A DNA stretch of 64,000 nucleotides from Lama guanicoe (lineage: Eukaryota): positions 10,241,175 through 10,305,174 of the forward strand of contig MU056000.1 in assembly GCA_013239625.1 (NCBI GenBank). Direction: 5' to 3'. The notes beneath the pieces were generated by a model. That model worked only from the letters and a program-made list of their open reading frames with translations. It searched no databases and was not told the DNA's origin. The position numbers and the translations under genes were made by a program. Of the stretch, positions 39,332 through 53,504 are shown one piece after another; position 1 is the stretch's first letter; each line of letters begins with the position of its first letter.

Positions 39332-40986
39332 GCAAGTGCACTGCTGTCCAGGGGCCCGGAGGTCTGCCTGGGTTTTTCCAGAATAGCCTAGAGCAGGACG
39401 CTTCCTGTAAATAAGGTATTGCTTTAAAATACTGCTTAAGAAACAAATACCTTATGGAATTGGAGGACCAGGGTGCGCCCAGTGGCCTGTTAGATGTGAA
39501 CGCAGCGGTAATTCTAAAGCCTTCACACCTGTCCCGAGTCGTCCCTTCGTTTCTCTTTCCTGTCGTTCCTCTGATTCTTGCAGATGCCTCCTGCCTCCTT
39601 CCTCTGAGTTTTTCTTTCTTCTTTGTCCTTTTCATGATTCTTCCCTTCGTTTTCTGTCCATGTTCTTTTCCGAGGTGTTTTCCGAGTGCTTGCTGTTTTT
39701 AATGGAGCACCGGTGTTAGCAGCCTGACTTAGATGTACGGGGTGCGTGTTTTCTTCCCTTGCCTTTGGGCGATGAAAATCGTTGCGGTAGCATCGGGTCC
39801 AGCCTCCTGCATGAAGCTGCCTGTGTTTCGTAGTTGCAGAGTTTGGGTCGGTTAGCTCTCAGTGGCTGCTCATGAGTTTACAAAACTGGAGGCTTTTTCA
39901 CTTTTCAGCTGAAATTCAAAATAGAATTAAATACATCCTTCTGGCACGTGTGCTGCATGTGACTGTATTTTTAAGCAGATATGTAAGAATTAACACAGTG
40001 ATGTGAAAGTTTTCCAAATTAAAGTATACCCGGCAGAAGTTGGTTCCTTTTACCTCCAAACAATTTTGAGGCTTTCAGGCTTCCGTTCTCAACCTGTGGT
40101 GTTTTTGTTTTTCAAAGTTTTGAATATACATTCTTTGTACTATTTGCAGAAGTGCCTCTGTTTTGATGATCGATTTAAATTTTTAGAGAAAGTGGAAATT
40201 TATTCAAATTTTAGAGTGAGAAATAAATGATCAAGCTGGGTAATAATTTTGGTTAAAAGGAGGTGTTCCTAGGAAGTAAAATGATTGATTTTCTTGTGTG
40301 GCCCTTAACTTGGCTTTGGAAACAAATCAATGGGGACTTTTTAAATCATTTGGAATGACAGCAGCTCCTTTGTATTATGTTTATTAGTAGTTTTTTGTAT
40401 TTTCTGTAGCAATTTCTGACTCATCCTGCTGGCCTTCCTGAGCCTCTTCTCCTGGTTGCCCCCCCCGCCCCCACCACCCTAGCCAAGCTGTTAAGTTTAT
40501 TTGTTCAGCCTCTGAATGCTGGGCTGTGGGAACCCCTGGTTTCTATTCTGGAGGAGCACCCAGTCTTAGTGGGGCTGCAGACAGACTGACCACCGCGGGG
40601 CTCGATGGGGATACCTGGGGGAGGCCAGGACCACACCCAGAGGGGCCATGAGCACTCTGAGGGGCACCTACCCACCCGCTTGGTTGAGGGGAGCTGAGCT
40701 GTCCTGCCTCTGTAGGTAAGGAGCATGTCTTTCCTTTCCTCTAGATACAGCACACCTTTGGCTGTGTAATTCTCATTTTTGTTAATAGGTAGATAAAAAG
40801 TATAGTTATTCTCTGCGTTACATGATTTACATTTTTTTTTAAATGTCCTTGATTATGAAGATAGTGAGAAAAATCCTAAGATACCTCTCCAAGGTAGATT
40901 TAAGATGTGCTGCTTTTCACTGACTTAAATTTCCATCAATGTTCCACTCTGCAGACTGTGTACAGCCAAATAGTCCATTCACTGCA

Positions 40987-41005
40987 CAACTCCAGGGGGC
41001 GCCAT
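40987..41005 (+). promoter_or_regulatory. CTCF-like motif
   Basis: caACTCCAGGGGGCGCCat. Confidence 0.45.
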
Positions 41006-41640
41006 GCACACAGAATATAATGTGAACGTCACTGTCTAGAGCTGAGTAGCAGGGTAGCTCTGTTCCACCGTGGGAGCCTATACTAAAGGATTTCTCCATT
41101 ATTCCTAAATTTCCCTTTTCCTCAAACTCAGGTTGTGGTTTTGGAAGAATGAACAGTAACAGGCTTATTTTCACCCTTACATTTTATTTAAAAATAAGCA
41201 TCTAAAATCATAGGTGGCATCTGACCCTTATGTTTCCCAAATATATGGAATGGTTCCTTTCATTGGGTGTTTCATTGAATCAGTTTTGCTGACAGGAATT
41301 GGTAGATTTTGAAAAGAACACCTCTCACTTTTTTTTTTTTTCCTTAGCATTTTCCCCTTTGGTTTCTGGCTGCTTTTCTTTTAATCAGAAAGCACCTGCT
41401 TTGGTGCTTGGAGACGTCGTTTAGTTTTTCTTGTTGAAATGAAGTTCTTGCTCACCTTCTGTCCCCCTATCTTAGTGTCGTCTAAGAAGCCACTTTTATC
41501 ATGTAGAGAATCCTTTGCTCTGATGTGGCTTCTTCCAGTCTGGTTGTTACATAATTAGTGTTGTAACATTTTTTGTGTTAGTGGAAATTAAGCCTCCCCG
41601 GACTAGCTAAGACATAGCTTGAGTCCTTTGCAACCTAAGG

Positions 41641-41828
41641 CAGTAATTTCTCAAAATGCTTTTGCAAGCACCACATGCACCCAGGCCACGGCATTTACTT
41701 AAAAGCAGGTATCTGTCCCCACCTGACATGTATTGACTTGGACTCTATAGGAGCGAGGCCTAAAAGGGAGCAAGTTTAGAAAGCTCCCTGGGTGATTTTT
41801 TTGCGTGCTGAAGCTGGGAACCCACTGC
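41641..41828. mobile_element. hAT-Charlie MER5-like DNA transposon
   Basis: cagtaatttctcaaa ... aagctccctgggtgatt...gctgaagctgggaacccactg termini. Confidence 0.6.
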
Positions 41829-42109
41829 CTCACTAAGACTTTCTAAACTTCGTGCTTCTACCCCCACGGACACTGCATTCCCCATCTCCAGTGTCCCCAG
41901 CGCCAGATACCTTACGTTGCCAGGAAGTGCCCGAGACCATCGAATGTGCAGCCTTTTTGGGTTTCTGATTACCAGAGAGCTCGGCAAGTCTTTTGAGCAT
42001 GTGGGCTTAAGCGTTCAGCCTGCCTTTGTTTTTCTCTAGTTCCTTGATTACACCTAAAGATGAGGTCGTTCAGATTAGAGTTTGTATACTTTTAAAATAA
42101 AAATCTGCT

Positions 42110-42410
42110 ACCACTGCCCACCTAACATTGAAAAGACTGACCATGTCAGATGTTGGCAAGAAGAATAGGAACCCTCACATACCCTTGGTGGGAATGCCAA
42201 AGCATAGAACACCTGTGGTGTACGGTTTGGCAGGTTCCTAAAACTTTAATGATACACCTTTCATGGAGTCCTGCCATGTCCCTTCCTCCATACTAATCCA
42301 AGAGAGAGGGAAGCCAAAGAAGAGCCATACACACTGTGTGATTCGGTTTATATAAAGGTCTGGAAACGCTGTTATCTGTAAATGACAGAAAACAGATCAG
42401 TGGCTGCTTG
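42110..42410 (+). mobile_element. Ancient LINE-1 (L1ME-like) fragment
   Basis: atgttggcaag...ggtgggaatg...gtttggcagg...actgtgtgattcggtttatataaag...acagaaaacagatcagtggctgc. Confidence 0.55.
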
Positions 42411-43698
42411 AAGACTGTGGTCTCAACAGAAATCTCTAGAAAGTAGTATTTCTTCCAATCAGAGTGTGGACCTTATGCATCAGGATTGACTAGAAGGGCT
42501 TATTGTAAAATTCAGTCTTAAGTTCCCGCTTATGCAGAAGTTGGTTAGAAAGAAGAACTTGAATAGTGCAGAGTAAGCACAGTTTTGAAAACAGGCATGT
42601 TTGCTCTACTCAGGTTTTGCTTGTTGGGTAGTGGGCATGTGGTAAGATGACTGATGGCCTGATTTAAGAGTACAGGGCAAAAGGAGAAAGAAAAATTAAG
42701 TAAGTTCATTGAGGCTCTTTTTTCGTATAAAATCTGAGATAATAAAACTTCAGAATTTGTAAAGGAAAAAAATAAATAAATAAAAGAAAAGAAAAATCTG
42801 CTTTCGTAACAATCTCTCATGCAAACAAGGAGGCTGCTGTGCCCCGCAGTGACGGGTTGCGCAAGCTGTTACATGAACAGCGCTGGGTGCCGAGCAGGGC
42901 TTATCACAGGCGAGCATTTATGTCAGAAATGAAAGGGAGGAAAAATACACATCCACATGCACGCACTTGCTCAAACCTAACGACACCTCTTGGGAATGAC
43001 ACACCAGAACAGCGACACACGCACTAACAGGCGAACTGGAGTGAGAAGACTTTGCACTTTGTATCCTTTCACACCTTTTGAATTTTGAATTGTGTGAAAG
43101 TGTTTCAGAATACAGTTGAAATAAAAATCATGGGTTAGCAGATTCGTCCCACTTAATTTTAACCACACCATTCATTCATTCAATTTTTTATTGAGTCCCG
43201 TCTGTGTGCCGGGAACTACACTGGGCGCTGGACTCATGGACAACACGTGCTAGTTAGAGAAACCAGCATAACATGATAAATAAGTAAATATACGTACGTA
43301 CACGTTAAATAAGAGAAAAAGGCAGCCAAGGGGAGAGGAGGGTTGCCATCTTTGATAGCAGGCCTCACCGAGAAGCTGTTGACCATCTCATTAGCATTTT
43401 TTGTTTAAATGACATTTACACATGGACGATTTATCGATCTGCCAGGCCTTGAATATAGGAAATCTTTGTTCTACTTCTGGTTTCATATAATCAGAATCAG
43501 CCTATTGGAGTTACATGCTGGCAACTAATCTGTTTTGTCTCGTGTGTTAGACCTAGTACACAGAAATCTTCCTTTAGTTTCTTGGTCGCTTTTGTTTTTT
43601 GTTTTAATTTTAGCAAGCCACGTTGTCTTTTTTATCTTCACTTCTGTGTCCCCACCACTTAAAACATGAAATAATTTTCTTAACCCCTTAAAGATACA

Positions 43699-43893
43699 CA
43701 GTTGGCCCTTGAACAATGTGGGTTTGAGCTGTGTGGGTCCCCTGATACTCGGGTTTCTTTCAGTGACTGTGTCCTCCAGTACTGCATGGTCCGAAGTTGG
43801 CTCAGTCTGTGGATGTGGACTGTTTTGGGGGGGCCGGGGGGGGTAGTGAGAAATGTCAGTGCCCCAACCCTTGAGTTGCTCAAGTGCCAGCTA
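43699..43893. mobile_element. TcMar-Tigger MITE, same family as 1319-1580
   Basis: cagttggcccttgaacaatgtgggtttgag ... gttgctcaagtgccagcta inverted termini. Confidence 0.7.
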
Positions 43894-44489
43894 TCTTGCA
43901 GTACCCTTCATGACAGTGGAAAAGAAATGCTTAAATGGTGGTAAAACACAACTTTTCTATGCTTTTCGAAAAGTTAGTATCTTGACAAATAGCAGCAAAA
44001 CCTTCTCTAGGCAACCTGATTTTTTTAAAATCCTGTGTATGTCATGTTAATTCCCTCTGACACTGAAATTTATTGATGTTTCTAACTTACATCCTTTTTG
44101 AAATCTATGCTCCCAAGTCTGAAGCTTTGACTTCTTTTCTTGGTGTGTAATTAGGCCTGTCTTAACACAGCCAGAAAGGTGTCGTATTGATACCTGGAGG
44201 TTTGTTTGACAGACATTTTCCTTCTAGCCCGCTCTGCTTGAGTTCATTTCCACACAAGACGAAGGCCCTAAAAATTTTCAGAGTGTTTTAAGTTTTGCTG
44301 ACTTTCTCCAATAAACAGCTTTGATACAGTTCGCAAAAGTGATTTTTTTCCCCCACAGATACTAGTGATGTCCCTTGAGTTCTGTTTTCCTGTGATTTTT
44401 GGTAAAGTGTACTCATGCCAGTTCACAGTAACTACCACTCCCATTAAAGTTACAGGTGTATACACGCTTACATGAGGAACCTAATGTTA

Positions 44490-44840
44490 ATTTATTATCT
44501 CAGTAAATATTTGCTGAGTGTCCACCATGTGCCGGACACAAAGAAAGTGTGTGAGATATTAGTGAGCAAAACCAACACACACCCCTGGTCAGTGGCAGGT
44601 ACATGTTTTCACCGGGGTGGAGACAAAGTATCTTGACAAGTAAATTACACCAACTTGGAGGTGATGCGCTCTTTGCGGCAGAGCAGAGGGAGGGAGGGAG
44701 GGAGCCCGGGGCAGGGAGGCAAGTCGCACTTCTAAGGGAGTCAGGGAGGCCCATTGAGAAGTGACCTTTATTTCAACAGAGACTTGAAGGAGCCGTTGAG
44801 ACATCTAGGGGAATAGCATCCTGGCGGAAGGGGCACGGTG
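44490..44840 (-). mobile_element. LINE-2 3' fragment
   Basis: cagtaaatatttgctgagtgtccaccatgtgcc...agtcagggaggcc...gagaagtgacctt...gagacttgaagga. Confidence 0.6.
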
Positions 44841-46052
44841 CACAGAACGTGCACAGAACAGAAGGCGAGCAAGCCTGGAGTGGGGGTGGGCGAGCTGGAC
44901 CCTGTTGGGGAGGCCTGGAGGTTCATGCAGGGTTGAGGGATGTTAACAGCTGGCTCTGCCGGCTGCCTAGTGAATTCTGGTCAAAACTTTCATTGTACAA
45001 ACTAAGATAGTTTATCCAGGTTTTGAACCCTGACCTTCTCCCTTTGAGAGATTTTTAAAGTCAATTTCCTGAATATTAGTCATAACGATTTTCTAGTTAA
45101 AGCCTGAGAAAAGCAGGTCCCGTAGCAGAAGAGAAACGCTGCTCATGTGAAATGCCAGCGGGAGTGTTGAAGGAAGCCTAAGCAGTAATAACAGGTGAAA
45201 TGGTAACAATCTGTAAGCAGCAAGGAATAATAAATGAAGTAGACGTGGCAGAAGATCTGTTGGAAAACCGGAGTTGAGAGAAGTTCCTGCCATATCTGTA
45301 TGTAGAGAGAACCAGTGTCTTATGGTCATCCCTAGCTATAAAAAGCAAGAAAATTATACTTAAAGCTCTTTTCTAAATACATATAAAATGAAATAAGTTT
45401 ATTTTTAAGAGAAAGTTTATTAACAAGGAACAAGTTTAAATTGCCTCTGTGAAGCCGCCTTCCTGACTAGTGTCGCCTTCTCCGGATCTACTGAGAACTG
45501 AAGCATTGGTGAACGTCCGTGGTGGGGCTTCCTCAGGGATTTGGCTGTGTCTGCAGGGGGCCCTTTGTCACACAGGCTTCAGGAAAACCAGGCTCTCAGC
45601 TGGCTGCCCCCCTAAAAGGGCTCTCAGTCTCACTGGGGACATGGAGAAAACAACTGTGAGACCGGGCGGTGTCCTTGTAACCAGCACATACGGCCTTCAT
45701 GGGAGAAGAGTCAGGGTTGCTGGCTGACCATCCTGTGTGCATGTTCGCCTGCTCATTCTGCGGATTTTGACTGAGCATCTCCTAGATGAAGACATTGTCT
45801 GAAGGCAGCCTGGGCTTTTTCCTTGAGGTCATAGAAATGGCCTTCATTGTGGTGGGAGAGCCGAGGAAGGGTAGCCAGTCTAGGATCAGGGAGATGAATT
45901 TGATGGACTGAGGGTTTTCGTCTCGGTTTCTGCCGCCAGCAGTGATTTTCCTGTTCAGAGCTCCGAGTTGTAGGCAAGTTGCCACTGTGTTTCTGGTTTC
46001 TGGCGGTTGGGTTCATTTGCTTCACAATACTTTCCTGTTGTTTTTTTTGCAG

Positions 46053-46247
46053 CAAACCAAAGAGAGAGTGAAGCTATTGATACAGCTGGCCGATGGCTTT
46101 TGTGAAAAGGGGCATGCCCATGCGGCCGAGATAAAAAAATGTGTCACTGCAGTGGATAAGAGGTACAGAGATTTCTCTCTGCGGATGGAGAAGTACAGGA
46201 CCTCTTTGGAGAAAGCCCTGGGGATTTCTTCAGATTCCAACAAATCG
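46053..46247 (+). CDS. TRIO: TRIO coding exon (~exon 22), 195 nt
   Basis: tttgcag|CAA...TCG|gtaaat; QTKERVKLLIQLADGFCEKGHAHAAEIKKCVTAVDKRYRDFSLRMEKYRTSLEKALGISSDSNKS. Confidence 0.95.
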
Positions 46248-46345
46248 GTAAATTGCTTTGTGCAAACTGAATAAATTACCGTTTTCTTCTTCGTGTTCTG
46301 TTTGTCGATTTAATTAACTGAAGTTCATTGACTCCCTTCTTCCAG

Positions 46346-46461
46346 AGTAAAAGTCTTCAGCTCGATATAATTCCAGCCAGTATCCCTGGGTCAGAGGTGA
46401 AGCTTCGTGATGCCACACATGAGCTTAATGAAGAGAAACGGAAGTCTGCGCGCCGGAAAGA
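46346..46461 (+). CDS. TRIO: TRIO coding exon (~exon 23), 116 nt, after a 98-nt intron
   Basis: cttccag|AGT...AAAGA|gtaagc; SKSLQLDIIPASIPGSEVKLRDATHELNEEKRKSARRK. Confidence 0.95.
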
Positions 46462-46833
46462 GTAAGCTAGTCTTTAAGAACCTGCCAGGATTCATGGAGA
46501 GAGTGAAGAAATGTCACTGGGCAGACATGCTTGCTTCTGTGTGTGCTTTGAAACCGAACAGCATTCATCCTTTGCTCTGCTCTGAATGCGCTTAGTTTCT
46601 GCAGCACAAACTCCACAGTTCCCCTCGTCGCCTGATTCAGAAACGCTGTCTTGCTTTTGTCCATGTGCCCCCATTTCGTATGGGGTTGACAACTTGTTTT
46701 AGTGTCATTTGTCCTCAATGGGACGTGAGTGATAATACTAAGGAGAAGAAATCAGTAACACAAGTGCAGATGTTGGAAGCTGCCAGTTAGCAAGCGACAC
46801 TACGTATCAATAGTGACAGAAGATTGCTTTAAA

Positions 46834-47054
46834 CCGGTGGTTCTCGGTTGGGCACTGCTTTGTCCCCCCGGAGGGACACTTGGCAATGTGTGGAGACATT
46901 TTCAGTTGTCACACAGTGGGGGCTGGGGAAGTGCTACTGGCATCTCGTGGGCGGAGACTGGGGACGCTTCTGAACGTTTCGTAACGCACAGGACAGCCCC
47001 ACAGCAAAGCACGTCCAGCCCCAAATGGCAGCAGTGCCAGGTGGAGGAGCCCCC
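46834..47054. mobile_element. MER20 hAT-Charlie DNA transposon
   Basis: gtggttctc...gggacacttggcaatgtgtggagacattttcagttgtcac...tgctactggcatct...gcacaggacagcccc...ccccaaatg. Confidence 0.85.
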
Positions 47055-47276
47055 ATCTGAAGGTGCCTCACCGACATTTTTTCCAAAATGTTTTTTCCTT
47101 TGAATTGGTGACTGTCTACTGTTCTTCTGTCTATTCTTGATTTAATTCTCCAGAGCACATCACTGACTAACGCTTTTAAAACCACCTTGTCATTTCATAA
47201 GCCATAAAAGTAAGTAGTTAAAATAAGCATGTGTCCTGGCTGAACTAAACCATTCACCGTCTCCCTCTGTTTTAAG

Positions 47277-47343
47277 GTTCATAATGGCTGAGCTCATTCA
47301 GACTGAAAAGGCTTACGTAAGAGACCTCCGGGAGTGTATGGAT
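47277..47343 (+). CDS. TRIO: TRIO coding exon (~exon 24), start of DH1 domain, 67 nt
   Basis: ttttaag|G...GAT|gtaagt; FIMAELIQTEKAYVRDLRECMD (DH conserved region 1). Confidence 0.96.
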
Positions 47344-47955
47344 GTAAGTAAGTTTTGTTGCTTGTTTATTTCGACTGCATGTAGTCCTGCAGTTTATTCT
47401 TACCTATTGGCAGTTCTTAAAATGATCACACGTTTGGTAGTGGTGGTTGAGATTTAAAGTGTGCATGAGCGGCTTTCTGTGTGTGCTTCTGCACTTCTGT
47501 GAAGTTCTAGGCGTGTTTTGGCTCATTGCAGAGATGATACAGCATTAATGCTCTCATTCCTTTAGTCACATGACAGCCTGGCTGACAGTCTGTTTGTGTA
47601 GAATTTTACAGCAGCTTCAGAGAAACGCGCCTACCGATTATGATTGGCAATGGATGCTCAGTAGTTTAGCGAATATTTGTTGTACCTTGTGGACTAGGTT
47701 AATTCCAAAATTTGAAACCGAGAATATGCTTAGAGCTGAAAAGTATGGAAGCTATTCTCAGGTATTAATAGCAAAATTGTTTTTTTGTTTTTTTTTTTTA
47801 AATAGTTTCTCATGTTATTTTGTAAAAGGTTCCACTCCTAAGATACATTTTCCATTACACATTAACTCCGGGTATGTATTTACAGATATCAGGAGTAGCT
47901 GTTCTTGAAAACGTGTGGGTTTTTGTCTAACCCTCTCTGTTTCCCTCCCGGCCAG

Positions 47956-48065
47956 ACCTACCTGTGGGAAATGACCAGCGGCGTGGAGGAGATCCCGCCT
48001 GGCATTGTGAACAAAGAGCTCATTATCTTCGGGAACATGCAGGAAATCTATGAATTTCACAATAA
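47956..48065 (+). CDS. TRIO: TRIO coding exon (~exon 25), DH1, 110 nt
   Basis: cggccag|ACC...AATAA|gtgagt; [36 protein letters not shown]. Confidence 0.96.
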
Positions 48066-49016
48066 GTGAGTGGCTTGATCTCTGGGGACGTGGTCAGTGA
48101 CTCTGGAAATCCAGATACTGTGCTGAAGTTTCATGACAAGAAGTAGAAGTTTCCAGTCGAATTGAGCATAGATTCTGGTGATTTTGTTGACATCTGCAAG
48201 AACCCGCCAGGCTTGCTTCATGAGGACTGATGGTCCAGAGGCTATTTATTAACACAGATTCAACTTTAGGCTTGTACCTACCTGTGACAGAAGTACGAGG
48301 AGGAAAGCTGAAAGCTTTCTGTAGGAACCCTCACTTCTCTCAGGCCGTGTCATCAGCTGTGACATCAGTCACTTCTTAGGGCTAAAAGGAAGCGTCACCC
48401 TCCAGGAGCTGCTGGCTGGTGCTTGGTCTTTTCCTAAAAAGAAGGAGGAAGGAACTGAGGATGGAACAGATGTGTAGTGCGACCAAAATAAAGTGCACTT
48501 TCCACTGGCCCTGGGAGGCATATGGTTTTATTTTTAAGATCAAAAACGACAAAATCCAGCAGCAGCAGAAGCTCCTGTAGGTGGAGTCTGTGCGGCCCGA
48601 GCAGCCTGAGGAAGGTGTTGTGGACCAGAGCTGGTGGGTCGTCCTCGCTCCCTGCCCCAGCCGGCAGGAGGCACTAGCATCTAAGCGGCTTCTCTGGATC
48701 CCTAAATTGTATCCTTAGCTGCTAAGCATAGCACTTTCCCAGAAGTAAACTGCTGGGGTAAACGTCTCTATTAGAAAGGGCTTAAAGGCTGACCTGGTTA
48801 ACTGTTTGAGAGTCGCAATCACTTACCCTAGTTCAGAGCTACAGGTTTTGTAAAATTAAAATCTGGAGGGTATAGAGTTTTCACTGCACTTGATTAAAGT
48901 GATGGAATTTAGGCATTGCCTGAATTCTGGTATGCTTGGTCTAATTTGTGGCCTATCTCACTAGTAAAATGTTTTCAAACACCTTAATAACATGATACTG
49001 TTTTTACTGTCTGTAG

Positions 49017-49086
49017 TATATTCCTGAAAGAGCTGGAGAAATACGAGCAGTTGCCGGAGGACGTTGGACACTGCTTTGTCACTTGG
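49017..49086 (+). CDS. TRIO: TRIO coding exon (~exon 26), DH1, 70 nt
   Basis: tctgtag|T...TGG|gtaatg; [23 protein letters not shown]. Confidence 0.95.
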
Positions 49087-49628
49087 GTAATGAAACCTCT
49101 CACTTGCCTCGTGGTTCCAAGGGAGGTTAGAAGGAGTGCTGTTCATTCTCCAACATCACCATTTTCTGCTGGTGTCTGTGTACTGAGAAGCAGACTCCCC
49201 GCCCCCCTTCAAAGAATTGCATTCTCCGGCTAGCTATTACTGTGGAGGGAGCTTTTTATTGGCAATAGTGATGGTTTGAAATAGAACGTTGGGTTAGGGT
49301 GCCAGGCCTCTGTGTGGCCCTGGGGATTTGCAGGTCACCGTGAGTGCCCAGCCCTGCGCAGGGAGATTGTCCCGTTGGGAGGCAGGCAGGCAGGTGACCT
49401 GGTGAGCGGGCCCACATCTGTGAAAAGCACAGGTTTGCCTGCTTCACTGGGGCACTGGTGCTCAGGTGTGTCCTACCAGCGGGATGTGTTTCTTATTTTA
49501 ATAGCTTTCCTTATAAAATACGGCTTCTTTAATTTTGGATTTGAATCTCCTTCATACACACAGCTGCTTTTCTGCATAAAAGTTTAACCATAATTTGACT
49601 TATTGCCACTTGAAAGAGTTAATTCTAA

Positions 49629-49763
<135 letters not shown>

Positions 49764-51245
49764 TGAGATTTTCTAAGTTGCGTTTGGTATACATAAAATG
49801 CAGCATGACTCGTAACTTTCTCCTGATTGATGGTATGATACCGTTTTTATCTGTCACATTTATAATGAGATGTTCTTGTATTTTCTTCTGTTTTTTAAAA
49901 GATTCTTCTCAAGTACTGCAAGCTGTATATCTGTAAAAAAATATAGATTTTAGTATATACATGTGTGTATATATGTGATTACAATTTATGTACAGCCACA
50001 AAATTTTTACATGTAACATAGTGCATATAAGTGTAAGCTATTCAATTAAGCTTGTTCTCTCCTCTGTAAGACAAAGATAACTTTGAATCTTTTTTAATCT
50101 TTATTTTTCCCATTTCAATTTCATGATGCTATTAATTTCCAAAAATGGTCTACCAGTAAAACTGTACACAGATAGCTCTGTAAAAACTAGGACCACTGGG
50201 AGGTTCATTAATTACATTCGCATTGGTATAAACGTAAATGTAGTTCATCTTTTTTTTCAGAAGATGTTGCAGGGAAGTTTATTTAGTGCAAAAGGGGTTA
50301 GAGCCTTTTGATACTATATACAGAATGCTTTGGGGGTTTCCAGAATATAGTCACATGTGTGCCAAATTCATTTTGATTTAAAGATAAGGTGCTTTAAATG
50401 TTACATGTAATTTGGTGCATGAGGCTACGAGGGTGTTAGACTTGCTTCCGTCTTTACCCTCGTACCTGGCCAGGTGTGGTTATCTGCTCTTCTCTGGGAG
50501 CCTGGAGAATCAGAATAGATTTCAGCTTATGTCTTCGAGGTGGAGCCCCGCCCTTGGAGGCCCCTGTCTTGGTTGTCATTCTCACGACCCGTCGTTACAC
50601 CTCGCGCTCGGTGAACGCGGAGCCTGCCCCTGCCCGGGGCGGCCTTTTCGCTTCGGTATTTCACACAAGCCTGGTCTTTGCCGTGTCGCGGAGCCCAGCA
50701 CCGAGGCTGCTGCAGGCAGAATTACTGATGGCCTGAGTGCTGAGGGCACATGGCGTGTTTAATGCTGGGAATCAAAGTCATTTAAAAAAAAAACCCTGGT
50801 TGCCTGAGGAGGATGCCAAGACGGAGATACTGCAAATACAGTAGGTGGGTGTGGAAATGAGAGCAGACAGGAGAGAGGAATTCCCCAGAGTGTGAACAAA
50901 AGGAGCCTCCGGTGCGGAGGGGCGGGATGCCATCTGTGATGCGGGCACACGTGTGGCCGGAGCTGCGGGAGCTACAGCAGGGGTCTGAGCGCCGGGCAGC
51001 GTGGCAGTGGCCCGAGGGGACGGCACTAGCCCGTGGGGACGGCTCCGGGAGCTGCTCTCTGCTCCTGAAGGCCCGTGATGCAGAGGAAACACTGCTGTCT
51101 TCAGTGGTCACAGTGATAACCTGACTGAGAGCTACTATTTTATGTTCAGCTTATTAAAAGAATCAATAGTGGTTTCTACTTTATATTTACAGAAAAAGTG
51201 TTATGTTTGTATTCATTATGGGGGTAAATAAGTGTAAGTGTTTAG

Positions 51246-51536
<291 letters not shown>

Positions 51537-53392
51537 TAAGACTGTATTCCTTGATCAAGCACCTGAACTTCGCTGAATGTCCGCAACATAAAATGAGAAA
51601 GGAAAGGGAAATTATCAGTTCTGGATAATTTAGTACCAGTTTTCCCAGTATGACTTGTGTCAAACTGACCTCTGCTTTTTTTTCTTTTTTTGTATGAAAG
51701 ATTATAATTAAAATCCTGCTTGTAAAAATCGAATAACAATTAGTCTTGACAGTAGAATGGTAAAGAAAACTTAGAATATGTGGTAAGAGTTGTTACAGAA
51801 TTCATTATAGATAATTGATACACATCATCTAGACTGAAAGAAAAATAATTTACAACCTCTGTCTCATGATAGAAGTTTCCTTGACTGGTGAACATCATTG
51901 AGCCTTAGAACGTACCCACCATCCATGCCTCCCAGTAGCAGTATTTCATGAACCCAGCTATGTCCCCAGTTCAATCCTAGCTCAACAGGAGGCGATAATG
52001 TAATTTTGCTAGATAGAAATGAAATACAGAAGAAGTTATGAATGCCTAAAACCCTTCTTTACTCTTTTTGTTAATAAAAAAAATCTAGCAACAGTAAAAA
52101 GTGGCTGCATTCTCTTGTAAAGGGGGACCATTATGGCATTCTTCTACTGGAAAGGCTCTCCTGCGCTCTGGCAGAATCCAGTGAAGTGACTTGATGGCCA
52201 TCGCGGGAGAAGTATGTGGTGTCTATAAACACAAAATAGAAGCCAGGAGGCTAAGTTGTTTATATGCACGTTTGCCCTTTGCTTTCTAACTCTGCAAGGG
52301 CAGTTTATTGCTTAGTGTCCTCAAGATTGATGGGTTTGGTTTTTAGCATATGGTTCTACTAAAGATCTCTTCCTCAGTGACCTCACATCTAGTCATTCAC
52401 TATTAAACCGCTGCTTTAATTTATAAACCTGACTTTATTCTGCCCAGGAGTTCTTCAGGAGAGCAGTAATGAGCTATGTTGAGGACCCTAATGAGGAGGA
52501 TTTTCTGCCAGTAAAATTAGTCTCGGTGCATTGCATTTTTAAAGCACTTTTTGCCAAGCTACTCACAATAATAGGTCACACCATCTGGCCTTGAGAAAAG
52601 GTGCCCGTCAGGTAGCTGTGTTGCTGTAAAGCATCCAGGGTGCGGCCAGAGCCACCTGCAGTGTGACATCCTCTTGTTGGACGCTGGGATACAGAGAGCT
52701 ATTGTTACTATTACAGATGAATAATAACCAGTAAGACACTGGTGCGAATCTATCTTGGAGCCCACCAGAATGTGAATCTGTTGTCCCTGCTGTCACTCAG
52801 TTAATAACAGACATTCATTTGTCTACGTAGATCTAAAATGTAAGTACACCCAGCGAGGTGTGCTTACAATCATTAGAGCTTTCTGAGGTCCCAGCACAGA
52901 GGAGAGCATTTCCCTGCAGGTTTCTGTGCAGCGATGCCCTTCCTGCTGTGAGCAGGGCGGTTCCAGGGTCGAGGGGACATCGCTTTCATGGCCCCAAAGA
53001 GCTCAGAACCATGCCAGGATCCAGTGGAAAACAGCAATACTAGTCGGAGTCCAGCTTGACCTTCAGCTAGAACCAGTAGCTGAATGTGCCTCGCTGCACT
53101 AATTAAATATTTTTGTCCCTTTTGAGGCTTGGTAGTTAACACGTACACTAATTCCATCTTAAACTGACTGCATCTGGTTTACTGTGAGGTGAAGAAACAG
53201 CCTGACTTGCACAGGACAGACCCTTTCCTCCGTTGGATAAAGAGATGGTGATTGGCTTTCCATGAGAATCTCTGCACAGTTGACCACAGTCTGTTTTTAT
53301 CTCGAAAGTCACGGGTTTTCATACTCATTTCTGCGAAGACCTAGTTGGCGGAGCATTTCGGGGTCTTGGGCTCACGGTGTGGTCTCCCACAG

Positions 53393-53504
53393 GAGCTGCT
53401 CACGTGCTGCGAGGAAGGGAAGGGGGAGATCAAGGACGGCCTGGAGGTGATGCTCAGCGTGCCCAAGCGGGCCAACGACGCCATGCACCTCAGCATGCTG
53501 GAAG
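53393..53504 (+). CDS. TRIO: TRIO coding exon (~exon 29), end of DH1, 112 nt
   Basis: cccacag|GAG...GAAG|gtgggt; [37 protein letters not shown]. Confidence 0.96.
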
